Origin: Parcubacteria group bacterium Greene0714_7
GTDB lineage: Bacteria > Patescibacteriota > Minisyncoccia > Phycocordibacterales > Phycocordibacteraceae
Direction of reading: 5' to 3'
NCBI GenBank assembly: GCA_007378985.1
Contig: VMHB01000001.1
Span: forward strand, 192,252-256,251
DNA length: 64,000 nt
A program made the position numbers and the translations under genes. Shown here piece after piece: positions 26,708 to 37,213 of this stretch. Position 1 is the first letter of the stretch. The number at the start of each line of letters is the position of its first letter. The notes under the pieces were generated by a model. It worked only from the letters and a program-made list of their open reading frames with translations. It did no database searches and was not told the origin of the DNA.

Positions 26708-27460
26708 ATGGAATCTAAAATTCATATCTCGCTGAAAGCGGATTCGTTTGGAACTTTGTGGGGTATGCCCATCACGAGCAGTCTGCTTATGACATGGCTG
26801 GCAATGGGAATTCTCTTCCTTTTCGTGTTTCTGTTTAGGCGCTCCATTGCACTCATACCGGGAAAGCTGCAAGCAATGCTTGAGTGGGCTATTGAAGGCG
26901 CCCTGTCGTACATGACCGAGACCCTTGAGGATGCGAAGCTTGCTCGACGTTTTTTCCCACTCATAGCAACGCTCTTTCTCTTTATTCTGACTATCAACGA
27001 ACTCGCGTTCTTCCCTGGTGTAGGAAGCGTAGGGTTCTTTACTGAGCACGGATTCGCGCCACTACTCCGCCCTTCAACTGCCGACCTCAATACAACGCTC
27101 GCTCTTACCCTCATCTCAGTTATTATTGTTGAAATCACCGGTGTGGTAGCGTTGGGATTTTTCCGTTATACAGGGAAATTCATAAATTTCTCGTCACCAC
27201 TTAATTTTGTTGTTGGTTTAATTGAGTTAGTGAGCGAACTGGGACGCTTGGTATCGTTGTCGTTTCGTCTTTTCGGTAACATATTTGCGGGTGAGGTTTT
27301 GATCGCGGTGATTGCGCTGTTCGTGCCGTATATTATGCCTATCCCATTTATGCTCTTCGAAATTTTTGTTGGCTTTGTTCAAGCTGTTATTTTCTCTCTA
27401 CTGACTTTGTTTTTCATCAAACTTGCGGTTACGCCTCCTCATGCGAGCGAAGCTCATTAA
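26708..27460 (+). CDS. atpB: F0F1 ATP synthase subunit a
   Basis: Subunit-a signature LSFRLFGNIFAGE with the essential Arg, and multiple TM helices. Confidence 0.9.
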   Translation: MESKIHISLKADSFGTLWGMPITSSLLMTWLAMGILFLFVFLFRRSIALIPGKLQAMLEWAIEGALSYMTETLEDAKLARRFFPLIATLFLFILTINELAFFPGVGSVGFFTEHGFAPLLRPSTADLNTTLALTLISVIIVEITGVVALGFFRYTGKFINFSSPLNFVVGLIELVSELGRLVSLSFRLFGNIFAGEVLIAVIALFVPYIMPIPFMLFEIFVGFVQAVIFSLLTLFFIKLAVTPPHASEAH

Positions 27461-27568
27461 AACTGAGGAAAAACAGCCTCAATTGCTAGCCTAGTGAGGG
27501 GAAATTGGTGTATACTAGCGAGGTAATTATCAAGCCGTAAGGCATTATTTTGTATTAATTAACTATAT

Positions 27569-27774
27569 ATGGACATTGATTCTGCAAAACTGATTGGTAT
27601 GGCACTCGCCGCAGGTTTGGGTGTGCTTGGACCTGGTATTGGTATTGGTCTTATTGGAGGACGAGCCCTGATGCATCAGGCAAGATTATTCCAAACATGA
27701 TCCTTGCTATTGTTTTCACCGAAGCCTTGGGTATTCTCGCTTTGGTTGTGGCCTTTATCATCAAGTTCGTCTAA
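27569..27774 (+). CDS. atpE: F0F1 ATP synthase subunit c, reading frame interrupted by an apparent 1-nt frameshift
   Basis: N-terminal helix MDIDSAKLIGMALAAGLGVLGPGIGIGLIGGRAL is in one frame (stop at 27698-27700). The C-terminal helix GKIIPNMILAIVFTEALGILALVVAFIIKFV with the conserved Glu is in the -1 frame. The shift maps near the CCC run at 27666-27668. Confidence 0.6.
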
Positions 27775-27802
27775 TTGAGTTGATTTAGAAGGAATCTAAA
27801 AT

Positions 27803-28249
27803 ATGGGAGAGCTATTTGCTACATTCGGTCTTGATGTACGACTGCTTGGTATACAGGCAGTCAACTTTGGGATTACACTCGTTGTACTCTGGTACTTTTT
27901 GTATCGACCACTTCTTCGCATAATTAGCGAGCGAAAAGAGAAGATTGCGAAAGGTGTCCGTGATGCCGAAGCAGCAGCTCTCGCTGTTACAGAAATTGAA
28001 GAAAAGCGCACTTCAATGCTTTCTGCCACAGAGCGTGAGGCACAAGGCTTGGTTGAGCGTGCAACTCTCGAAGGTAAGGATGAGCGTGCAAAAATCATAA
28101 AAACTGCACAAGAAAGAAGCGACGCAATACTTGCCGATGCTAAAGCGGAGGCTGTGGAAATGCAACGCCGTGCTCTTGCTGAGTCTGAAAAGGAAATGAC
28201 TCGTTTGGCAGTGCTTGCTGCAGAAAAAATTCTTCGAAAACAATCATAA
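27803..28249 (+). CDS. atpF: F0F1 ATP synthase subunit b
   Basis: N-terminal TM helix followed by a long charged helix, in operon position. Confidence 0.85.
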   Translation: MGELFATFGLDVRLLGIQAVNFGITLVVLWYFLYRPLLRIISERKEKIAKGVRDAEAAALAVTEIEEKRTSMLSATEREAQGLVERATLEGKDERAKIIKTAQERSDAILADAKAEAVEMQRRALAESEKEMTRLAVLAAEKILRKQS

Positions 28250-28255
28250 ACCACC

Positions 28256-28639
28256 ATGTCACTTGCTAATGCCTATGCTTCAGTTATCAATGAAACTCCA
28301 CAAGAGCTTCAAAATGCTGATTTTACTCTGAAGTTGCTTGCGTTTATGCGTGCACGAGGACATATGTCACTTCTTTCTGAGATTGTGCAAATACTGGAAA
28401 ATAAACCAAAAGAGGCTGACGCAGTAGTGACTGTCGCTCACGGGGCAGATTTGAAAGAATTTGCATCTGAAATAAAATCCGCTCTCTCTACATTAGGGGC
28501 GGATGCAAAAATACACCGCACCATCGTTGATGCTCGTGCTGTGGGTGGCTATTCAGTGCGTGCAGGTTCTCAGATAATTGATAACACTTTCAGAACAGCG
28601 CTTGTCGACATTTATCAAAAAACGGTAGGTAGTAGATAA
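28256..28639 (+). CDS. atpH: F0F1 ATP synthase subunit delta (OSCP), short form
   Basis: Position between atpF and atpA. 127 aa, shorter than the typical ~180. Confidence 0.65.
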   Translation: MSLANAYASVINETPQELQNADFTLKLLAFMRARGHMSLLSEIVQILENKPKEADAVVTVAHGADLKEFASEIKSALSTLGADAKIHRTIVDARAVGGYSVRAGSQIIDNTFRTALVDIYQKTVGSR

Positions 28640-28714
28640 TCGGTAGCGCACTTTAAGCTCGTTACTTACCATTTACTACGTACTTTAAACTTGTTACTAA
28701 CTTACTAATCTCAT

Positions 28715-30274
28715 ATGGACATCAGCATCATTGAACGCCTCAAGAAAGAAATTGAATCCTTTGCACCAAATGCAAAACCAACTGAAACGGGCATCGTGCG
28801 CAAGGTGGGTGATGGCATTGTTGAGATAGAAGGTTTGGATGAAGTGTCGATGGCCGAGATGGTTCGTTTTGACGAGGGTTCGGTATCTGATGTGAAAGCA
28901 ACTATTGCACATGAGGATACACTCTATGGTGTTGTATTGAACTTGGAAGAGAATACCGTAAAGGCAATCATCCTCGGGGATTCGTCACGCATTAAAGAGG
29001 GAATGCTTGTGCATCGCACAAAGAAACTTCTTTCAATTCCTGTAGGAGACGCGGTTATTGGTCGCATTGTTGATGCACTCGGAGTTCCTATAGATGGGAA
29101 AGGGCCAATCAAAGCAGATGCCACAAGTCCTATTGAGCGCGAAGCGTACGGCGTTATCGATAGAGGCCCAGTAAATGTACCAATGCACACCGGCATTAAA
29201 GCAATTGATTCATTAATTCCTATTGGTCGTGGACAGCGTGAACTCATCATTGGCGACAGAGGCACTGGTAAAACAACAGTTGCTATCGATGCAATTTTGA
29301 ACCAACTTAATGAACCAAAGGAGACACGCCCTATTTGTGTATATGTTGCTATTGGTCAAAAAGAATCAAAGACTGCCCGCATTGCAGCGATGCTTAAAGA
29401 GCGCGGTGCGATGGATTACACCATTGTGGTATCGGCTCCAGCATCAGCTTCAGCAGCATTCCAATTCTTGGCACCGTACGCTGGCGTAACTTTGGGTGAG
29501 TATTTCATGGACAAAGGCAGAGATGTTTTGGTTATCTACGATGATCTTTCCAAGCAAGCTGTTGCGTACCGACAACTTTCGCTCCTCCTTCGTCGTCCCC
29601 CTGGACGCGAGGCATATCCTGGAGACATTTTCTATCTCCACTCAAGACTTTTGGAACGAGCCGCAAAACTTTCTCCTGAAAAAGGAGGAGGCTCTCTTAC
29701 GGCGCTTCCTATTATTGAAACGCAAGAAGGCGACATCTCGGCGTACATTCCAACCAATGTTATTTCCATTACTGACGGTCAAATGTTCCTCGAGGCTGAT
29801 CTCTTCAATAAAGGAACACGCCCTGCAATCAATGTAGGTATTTCAGTTTCTCGTGTCGGTTCTGCCGCTCAAACAAAAGCTATGAAGAAGGTGTCGGGAC
29901 GCATCAAGCTCGACCTCGCACAGTTCCGTGAACTTGAAGCATTCATGCAATTCTCACAAGATCTCGATGCTGAAACGAAGAAGACCATTGATGGAGGTCG
30001 TCGTCTTTCGGCAATTCTGAACCAAAACAAAAACGCCCCAATTCCATTTGAGCGACAGGTTGTTGTTATGTATGCAGTCACTAACGGCTTCTTCGATACA
30101 TTTGGTGCTGAACAGATGAGTGAAATAGAAGCAAAGTTCCTCGCGTATTTGGATAGGGAAGCTAAAGGCGTTCTTGACGCTATTCGTACATCAAAAGAAA
30201 TAGCTAAAGACACGGAGGAGAAACTTAAGACTGCCATTCAGTCGTTTGTTTCAACTGTAGATGTGAAAAGCTAA
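28715..30274 (+). CDS. atpA: F0F1 ATP synthase subunit alpha
   Basis: Walker A GDRGTGKT and overall highly conserved alpha sequence. Confidence 0.95.
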   Translation: MDISIIERLKKEIESFAPNAKPTETGIVRKVGDGIVEIEGLDEVSMAEMVRFDEGSVSDVKATIAHEDTLYGVVLNLEENTVKAIILGDSSRIKEGMLVHRTKKLLSIPVGDAVIGRIVDALGVPIDGKGPIKADATSPIEREAYGVIDRGPVNVPMHTGIKAIDSLIPIGRGQRELIIGDRGTGKTTVAIDAILNQLNEPKETRPICVYVAIGQKESKTARIAAMLKERGAMDYTIVVSAPASASAAFQFLAPYAGVTLGEYFMDKGRDVLVIYDDLSKQAVAYRQLSLLLRRPPGREAYPGDIFYLHSRLLERAAKLSPEKGGGSLTALPIIETQEGDISAYIPTNVISITDGQMFLEADLFNKGTRPAINVGISVSRVGSAAQTKAMKKVSGRIKLDLAQFRELEAFMQFSQDLDAETKKTIDGGRRLSAILNQNKNAPIPFERQVVVMYAVTNGFFDTFGAEQMSEIEAKFLAYLDREAKGVLDAIRTSKEIAKDTEEKLKTAIQSFVSTVDVKS

Positions 30275-30308
30275 AACCTGATACCTGAAAGTTGACACCT
30301 AAAACCCC

Positions 30309-30413
30309 ATGTCTCTCAAAGATATCAAACTCAAAATAAAATCTGTTGACCCCAGTCGTAGAGCTGGAACAGCTCACAACGGGGCAGGCCGTACTCACAT
30401 ACTATGTCGTTAA
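30309..30413 (+). CDS. Upstream ORF (34 codons) whose first 14 codons are a synonymously recoded copy of the atpG N-terminus. Its stop lies 3 codons inside atpG.
   Basis: MSLKDIKLKIKSVD (identical peptide to AtpG 1-14, 9/42 nt differ) then PSRRAGTAHNGAGRTHILCR. Contains the conserved element. Confidence 0.45.
   Translation: MSLKDIKLKIKSVDPSRRAGTAHNGAGRTHILCR
30350..30388 (+). repeat. Conserved 39-nt start-proximal element (CCCCAGT-N22-ACGGGGCAGG), copy 2 of 3
   Basis: ccccagtcgtagagctggaacagctcacaacggggcagg with an internal GAGCTG/CAGCTC hairpin. Confidence 0.65.
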
Positions 30414-31321
30414 AGGATATTAAATTGAAAATAAAGTCCGTGGACAGAACACGGAAAGTTACGAAGGCAATGGAATCTGTTTCTGCGGTGAAGATGCGCA
30501 AAAGTCAGATACGCGCAATTACCTCGAGGCCCTACGCTTCTTCCGCGCTCTCCATTCTGGAGCGCATGAGTGTTTCTCTCGCGTCTCTTAAACATCCGTT
30601 AACTGTTGTGCGACCTGTCAAAAAAGCAGCAATAGTTGTGGTTACCAGCGACAAGGGACTCTGCGGCATATTAAATGCAGCTGTTGTGAAATCTGCCTAC
30701 ACTCTTGCAGAATCATTGGAACTCCCTCGTGAAGCAATTTCTATCTACGCTTTTGGACGCAAAGGGGCTGAGTTTTTTGATCGCCGTGGATATCAAATTT
30801 TAGGAAAGTTTGAAAACGTTTCTGACGATGTTTCTGTTGCTGACCTAGCTCTTGTCTCAAATGATATCGCCCGTGCATTTCTAAATAAAGAATTTGACCG
30901 TGTTGATGTTGTATATACCAACTTTAAATCTACGTTTGAGCAAAGTGCTATTGCCCATAAAGTACTTCCACTCTCCATTGAAACAGTATCTGAAATAGTG
31001 AGCGGTATTGTGCCAGTAAAAGGAAAGTTTGCTGTGGTAGAGCGAGTGAAAGGTCCTGCATCATACACGGCAGAGCCATCTACTGAAGTTGTCGTAGACG
31101 CCCTCATTCCACGCCTTGTCAGTGTACTTTTCTTCCACGCACTTTTGGAGTCAAAAGCGTCAGAGCATTCAGCTCGTATGGTTGCCATGAAGAATGCGTC
31201 AGATAAATCTCGAGATCTTTCTAAGCTACTGACAAGAAAATACAACAAAGCTCGTCAGGCGCTTATTACCAGAGAAGTTTCCGAGATTGTTGGAGGTATC
31301 GAGGCCATGGCAACGAGTTAG
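30404..31321 (+). CDS. atpG: F0F1 ATP synthase subunit gamma
   Basis: Gamma N- and C-terminal coiled-coil helices (…ARMVAMKNASD…ITREVSEIVGG). Confidence 0.9.
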   Translation: MSLKDIKLKIKSVDRTRKVTKAMESVSAVKMRKSQIRAITSRPYASSALSILERMSVSLASLKHPLTVVRPVKKAAIVVVTSDKGLCGILNAAVVKSAYTLAESLELPREAISIYAFGRKGAEFFDRRGYQILGKFENVSDDVSVADLALVSNDIARAFLNKEFDRVDVVYTNFKSTFEQSAIAHKVLPLSIETVSEIVSGIVPVKGKFAVVERVKGPASYTAEPSTEVVVDALIPRLVSVLFFHALLESKASEHSARMVAMKNASDKSRDLSKLLTRKYNKARQALITREVSEIVGGIEAMATS

Positions 31322-31354
31322 AAAGAATAGAAGAATTAAGGTAAAATCAAAAAC

Positions 31355-31530
31355 ATGACACTTCTAGCTGAAAGAGTACATAGAAAAAATTCTGACAAAG
31401 GATTGAAAACAGTGGTGGAAACTGACGGAGTTCGAAAAAGTTCGTGGCGTCTTACTGAGGCTGAGCAGGCTATCTTAAGGGTATTAAATGGCGAGGCAAC
31501 TGTAGGGCCTGTTTGGGATATAAAATAAAA
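31355..31530 (+). CDS. Hypothetical 58-aa protein inserted between atpG and atpD
   Basis: ORF MTLLAERVHRKNSDKGLKTVVETDGVRKSSWRLTEAEQAILRVLNGEATVGPVWDIK. Not in the supplied ORF track, which has a 60-aa cutoff. Confidence 0.3.
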
Positions 31531-31532
31531 AT

Positions 31533-31724
31533 ATGGCATCACCAGAAAGAAAGGGAAGATTAGACATTAGTGAGGTTCCATTTCGTGGGCGCCTTGCTTC
31601 CGCTGGTGGTTTTGATGGGAGAGGTCGAGGTGGCGGAGGTAGACTTGAGGATGAGAAATTTAGACCTCGCCTCCTTCAAGGAGGATTAAGTTCATCTTCA
31701 GATCCGGAAAATCAAAAAGAATAA
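31533..31724 (+). CDS. Hypothetical Gly/Arg-rich 63-aa protein inserted between atpG and atpD
   Basis: Low-complexity RGRGGGGR segment. Could be non-coding. Confidence 0.25.
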   Translation: MASPERKGRLDISEVPFRGRLASAGGFDGRGRGGGGRLEDEKFRPRLLQGGLSSSSDPENQKE

Positions 31725-31770
31725 AAGAAATTAATATATTAAAAGTTGCAACCTATAACCTGACACCTAA

Positions 31771-33156
<1,386 letters not shown>

Positions 33157-33316
33157 CTTCCTATGGCTTTACTCAATCAGGCAGAAAGTTTGCGGGCTCC
33201 TCAAAAGCACACGGGGGGTGGTAACTGGCTAGAGGCATATCTAAATATGTTGTTTAAGGTGTCAGGACCGATGATGGATTTTCTCTTACTAACTACTCCA
33301 AAAAAGAATTAGGCTT

Positions 33317-33547
33317 ATGTTGGTTGTTATTGCAAAAGTTCATGAGAATCTTTTTTCAGGGGAAGCACTCTCGCTTTCTGCTATGACCACAGAAGGGAAG
33401 CTCACTATACTCCCCAAGCACGAGCCCTTTGTGGCGAATTTGAAGGCGGGAGAGGTGACAGTAAAGACAACATCAGGAGAGCAAAAATTTGATATTACTG
33501 GTGGTGTTCTTGAAGTTTCCAACAATCAGGTAACGGTGCTTTTGTAA
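33317..33547 (+). CDS. atpC: F0F1 ATP synthase subunit epsilon, N-terminal beta-sandwich only (76 aa)
   Basis: Epsilon N-domain pattern (…FSGEA…LTILPKHEPF…L.AGEV…). The C-terminal helical hairpin is absent. Confidence 0.75.
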   Translation: MLVVIAKVHENLFSGEALSLSAMTTEGKLTILPKHEPFVANLKAGEVTVKTTSGEQKFDITGGVLEVSNNQVTVLL

Positions 33548-33548
33548 T

Positions 33549-33740
33549 ATGGCTAAGCGTGCAACTGCTGTAGAGGCAAATTTGGCGGATTTTTGGAGTG
33601 TAGTTAGCCATCCTCTCAATTTCGAAAATCCAGCTACACGAGACACTGTTCGAAAAATTGCTTTCAGTGCCATGAAGAAATGTAATAGAGAAGATGCTCT
33701 AAAAATACAAGCTTTTTTGGATGAGTATAACTGTGGTTGA
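33549..33740 (+). CDS. Hypothetical small protein
   Basis: 63-aa ORF directly after atpC. No motif. Confidence 0.25.
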   Translation: MAKRATAVEANLADFWSVVSHPLNFENPATRDTVRKIAFSAMKKCNREDALKIQAFLDEYNCG

Positions 33741-33765
33741 CAAAATTGTATTTTGGAGTATAAAT
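33737..33765 (+). promoter_or_regulatory. Sigma70-like promoter (TTGACA-N16-TATAAAT) driving an apparently leaderless small ORF
   Basis: Consensus elements. The ATG at 33771 is 6-7 nt after the -10. Confidence 0.4.
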
Positions 33766-33770
33766 AAGAA

Positions 33771-33935
33771 ATGGCAAGTAAGAAACCAAGAGAAGCTCGG
33801 GAAAAAATATCCTGGTGTGCACAGCTATATTGTCTGCTTCCGGGTCAAGTAGTTTGTATTCATTGCAGAGATATATACTGTTTCTTTCATTATGCTATTC
33901 ACCGAGCAATCAGTAGTTGTTCAGTAAAATTCTAA
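33771..33935 (+). CDS. Hypothetical Cys/His-rich 54-aa protein
   Basis: MASKKPREAREKISWCAQLYCLLPGQVVCIHCRDIYCFFHYAIHRAISSCSVKF, bracketed by a promoter and a terminator. Confidence 0.3.
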   Translation: MASKKPREAREKISWCAQLYCLLPGQVVCIHCRDIYCFFHYAIHRAISSCSVKF

Positions 33936-33953
33936 GATGAGGCATTGCTAGTA

Positions 33954-33981
33954 CGACATCACTGATGTGATGTCGTTTTTT
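33954..33981 (+). terminator. Rho-independent terminator
   Basis: cgacatcac-tgat-gtgatgtcg followed by tttttt. Confidence 0.65.
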
Positions 33982-34078
33982 AATTATTTTTTTGAAACAC
34001 TAACCTTCGTTATTAAGAAGGATTCCAGAATTGTTTGTAGTGCGAGGGGAGTCCTCATGCTACATAAGTGTAAGTTTT

Positions 34079-37000
34079 TTAGAGAGGGGAAGAAGGGTTC
34101 CAGAATTGTTTCCCCGGGTTTCGGTAGACGAGGATTGGTGTGAGTACGAGTGTCAGAATCATTGCAAATGAGAGACCAAACATAATAGCGAAGGCAAGAG
34201 GTCCCCATAGTGCAGATGCGCCAGCGAGAGGAATCATACCAATGACGGTAGTGATGGTAGTGAGAACAATTGGTCGAAGCCTGCTTGCTGAACCGTCAAC
34301 AACTACCTCCTCCAGTGTCTTTCCTTCGGGATTCTTCATGCGGATTATGATTGAGTCCACAAGAATTATGGCGTGGTTGATTATGACACCAGCAAGTGCA
34401 ATGACACCTAAGAGAGATGAGAACGAGAGCGGTTGTCCCGTAAGTGCAAGGCCACCTAATACTCCAATGAGAGAAAGAATGACGAGCATGAGGAGATAGA
34501 ACGAATAGCGGAATGAATTGAATTCGAGTACTAGAACTGCAAGCATAAGCACCAAACCAGCGAGGAAGGCAATTCCCATTTCGCTGAATGACTTATTTAC
34601 ATCTTCCGTTTCGCCTCCGATTTTCATTACGACACCAGTAGGCAAAGTTTCTTTTTCAATAGCTTTTTTGAATGCGGTAGATACCTCAACAGCTGTTGCT
34701 CCTCCTGCAGTGTAGCTAGAGACAGTAGCAATGTTTTTTTGGTCTTGGCGCCTAATAACTGCGTTTGATTTTTCAATAGAAGGGGAGAGAATTGAGCCTA
34801 ACAGTACTGTGCCTCGAGGCGTTTTTACAGAGAGGTTTAAGAGCGTATTGATATCTGCTTTTGTAGTATCTTCCGGTTCTTGCCAAGAAGGGTTGAGGTT
34901 TGTGGAGACAAGAACGTCGATGTCCTCGGTGTCATTTTTTATAGTGGTTGCAACAACACCTGAGACTGCAGTTCGGAGAATGCTTGCTACCTGTAGAGGA
35001 GAGAGCCCCACTTGTGATGCCTTGGCGCGGTCAATAGTGAGGGCAAACTGTGTTCCATCGTCCTTAATAGATGTAGCTACTTCAGCAGTACCTTTAATGG
35101 AGCGCATTATTTTTTCGCCTGTAGCTACTGAGCGCTCTAAGTCATCAAGATTGTCTCCAGAGAAGGTTATAAGAACTGGGGCGCCTGAAGGTGGTCCGCC
35201 AGCTGGCTCGAATGCATTTACAGAAAATTCATGGAAAACAGAAACTTTGTTTCTGAGCTCTTCAGTAATTTGTGTTGAAGTTTGTTTTCGATCTTCTTTC
35301 GGTACAAGCTTGATGGTGATGTTTGCGTATTTGGCACCGCTGGATTGATTTTGACTTAATCCTGATGAGGCACCAACAGTTGTTACAAATGAGCTGATAC
35401 GCGAATCGTTATAAAGAAGCTCTTCTACACCTCGGGTGGCAAGATCAGTCACTTCAAGTGGTGTGCCTTGCTTTGCTTCTACTTCAAGATATACATAATC
35501 GGCATCCTCTGATGGGAAAAAGAGCACTTTCACAATGCCTGACACTGGTAAGAGAATTGCTACGACGAGAGCGAGACCCAATCCAAGCATGAATCTATTT
35601 TGGAATTTTCTATTTTTCAAAACTCCCGTAAGAAAGCTTCGGTACCATACTTGCGCTTTGTTGTTCCACTCTTCTTGTATGATTTGAAGTTTGCCAGTGC
35701 TTCGCTTGGTGAGATTTATTGCAATTAATGGCACTAAACCGAGTGCTACAAAAATCGAAGCAATAAGAACGGTAATGATTGTAAAGGGGATTGATTGAAT
35801 GTATTGACCTACAATACCTGAAATAAAGAAGAGTGGCGCAAACATAACGACAGTCGTCATAGTGCCTGCGGTTAGGGGCCTGGCATATTCGCGAATCGCT
35901 TCTTTTGCTGCACGAATTGGATCCCCAAATTTCTGATAGCGCGTGTGAATTGCTTCCGTCACCACGATGCCAGAATCAACAAGAATGCCGATTGCAAGAA
36001 TGAGTGCAAAGAGGGAGACGAAATTTATGGTGTTACCTGAAGCGTTCAGTCCTATGAATGCAATAACGAAAGAAAGAGGAATTGAAAGTCCTGCAACGAG
36101 AGATTCTCGCCAGCCAATTGTTAACACAAGACAGATCATGACGAGAGCGATTGTTTCTAAGCCAACTTTAGTAAGTTCGCTCAAACTTTTCTGAACTTCT
36201 TCTCCAAGGTCAATCGAGATATCGGTAGTAATACCCAAAAGCATTGTTCCCGAGAGCGAGTTTAGTTTTTCTTTTGCTGCTGATGCTGTTTTGAAAATAT
36301 TTCCTCCAGCTTTTTTATATACTGAAAGGGTAATTGCAGGCTCTGCTGGAGCGCCTTTAGTAGAAACGCGAGATACACTTTTTGCTTTCTCAAGACCGTT
36401 AACGATGTCCGCTACATCGCGAAGATAAATTGGGTTGCCATCTAAATTCCCGATACTTGTTTGCGCGAGTTCTTCTGGATCATTCAAATCGCCCTTAAAG
36501 GCAACAGAATACTCAATGGCATCGACAGTTATAGTGCCAACAGGTAAAGAACTATTGGACGCACTTAGGGCAGATACTACGTCCGTAAGTGATAGTCCGT
36601 ATGATTGTAAAGCTTCTTTGCGAACTATTATGTTCGCTTCTCGTTCGCGGGTACCGCTGATTTCCACTCTGGACACACCAGATACTTGTTCAAGTTCATC
36701 CTGCACATCTTTGGCAAGACGAGTAAATTCTGTTGGTGGAAGTCCGCCAGAAAGAGACACTATAAAAATTGGTTGATCGTTCGCTGTGATGCGGAGTACT
36801 ACAGGTTCGTCTGCATCTTTAGGAAGTTTTGGTTTTGCACGGTCAACCGCATCTTTAACATCCTGAATTGATTTATCAATATTTGCCGATGCTTCAAATT
36901 CAGCACTCACTACAGAGACTCCCTCGCGAGAAGAGGAAGTGAGTTTGTGAAGGTTCTCAACAGTGCCAACCTCTTTCTCTATTTCCTTTGTTATGAGTTT

Positions 37001-37183
37001 TTCAGTGTCTGCCGCGGAGGCACCACGAAGCGTTGTTTGAATAATGGCAATAGGAATTGTTACCTCTGGGGCATTCTCTTTTGGTATTGCTAAAACGGCT
37101 ACAAATCCCGCCACCACAAGAGCGATTATCACTAGAATAGTGAACTGCCTGCGTTCAATGAAAAAGTTCCAAAATTTATGCAT
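34079..37183 (-). CDS. RND family efflux transporter permease (AcrB/HAE-like)
   Basis: 1034 aa, 12-TM architecture with two large periplasmic loops and conserved RND blocks. Confidence 0.9.
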   Translation of the reverse strand: MHKFWNFFIERRQFTILVIIALVVAGFVAVLAIPKENAPEVTIPIAIIQTTLRGASAADTEKLITKEIEKEVGTVENLHKLTSSSREGVSVVSAEFEASANIDKSIQDVKDAVDRAKPKLPKDADEPVVLRITANDQPIFIVSLSGGLPPTEFTRLAKDVQDELEQVSGVSRVEISGTREREANIIVRKEALQSYGLSLTDVVSALSASNSSLPVGTITVDAIEYSVAFKGDLNDPEELAQTSIGNLDGNPIYLRDVADIVNGLEKAKSVSRVSTKGAPAEPAITLSVYKKAGGNIFKTASAAKEKLNSLSGTMLLGITTDISIDLGEEVQKSLSELTKVGLETIALVMICLVLTIGWRESLVAGLSIPLSFVIAFIGLNASGNTINFVSLFALILAIGILVDSGIVVTEAIHTRYQKFGDPIRAAKEAIREYARPLTAGTMTTVVMFAPLFFISGIVGQYIQSIPFTIITVLIASIFVALGLVPLIAINLTKRSTGKLQIIQEEWNNKAQVWYRSFLTGVLKNRKFQNRFMLGLGLALVVAILLPVSGIVKVLFFPSEDADYVYLEVEAKQGTPLEVTDLATRGVEELLYNDSRISSFVTTVGASSGLSQNQSSGAKYANITIKLVPKEDRKQTSTQITEELRNKVSVFHEFSVNAFEPAGGPPSGAPVLITFSGDNLDDLERSVATGEKIMRSIKGTAEVATSIKDDGTQFALTIDRAKASQVGLSPLQVASILRTAVSGVVATTIKNDTEDIDVLVSTNLNPSWQEPEDTTKADINTLLNLSVKTPRGTVLLGSILSPSIEKSNAVIRRQDQKNIATVSSYTAGGATAVEVSTAFKKAIEKETLPTGVVMKIGGETEDVNKSFSEMGIAFLAGLVLMLAVLVLEFNSFRYSFYLLMLVILSLIGVLGGLALTGQPLSFSSLLGVIALAGVIINHAIILVDSIIIRMKNPEGKTLEEVVVDGSASRLRPIVLTTITTVIGMIPLAGASALWGPLAFAIMFGLSFAMILTLVLTPILVYRNPGKQFWNPSSPL

Positions 37184-37213
37184 AAGAGTTAGCTAATGGC
37201 TATACCCTAAAAC

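Noticed and set aside
27569-27700. Calling atpE a 44-aa gene ending at the first in-frame stop
   Set aside because: The conserved helix-2 with the proton-binding Glu continues in the -1 frame to 27774. This is a frameshifted full-length gene, not a short ORF.
31336-31542. 68-aa minus-strand ORF between atpG and atpD
   Set aside because: The plus-strand 58-codon ORF in the same interval fits operon polarity better. Neither is strongly supported.
34140-36871. Many plus-strand ORFs (60-200 aa) inside the RND permease and adaptor genes
   Set aside because: They are antisense to long, well-supported minus-strand genes. Serine/Arg-rich low-complexity translations are typical of spurious antisense frames.
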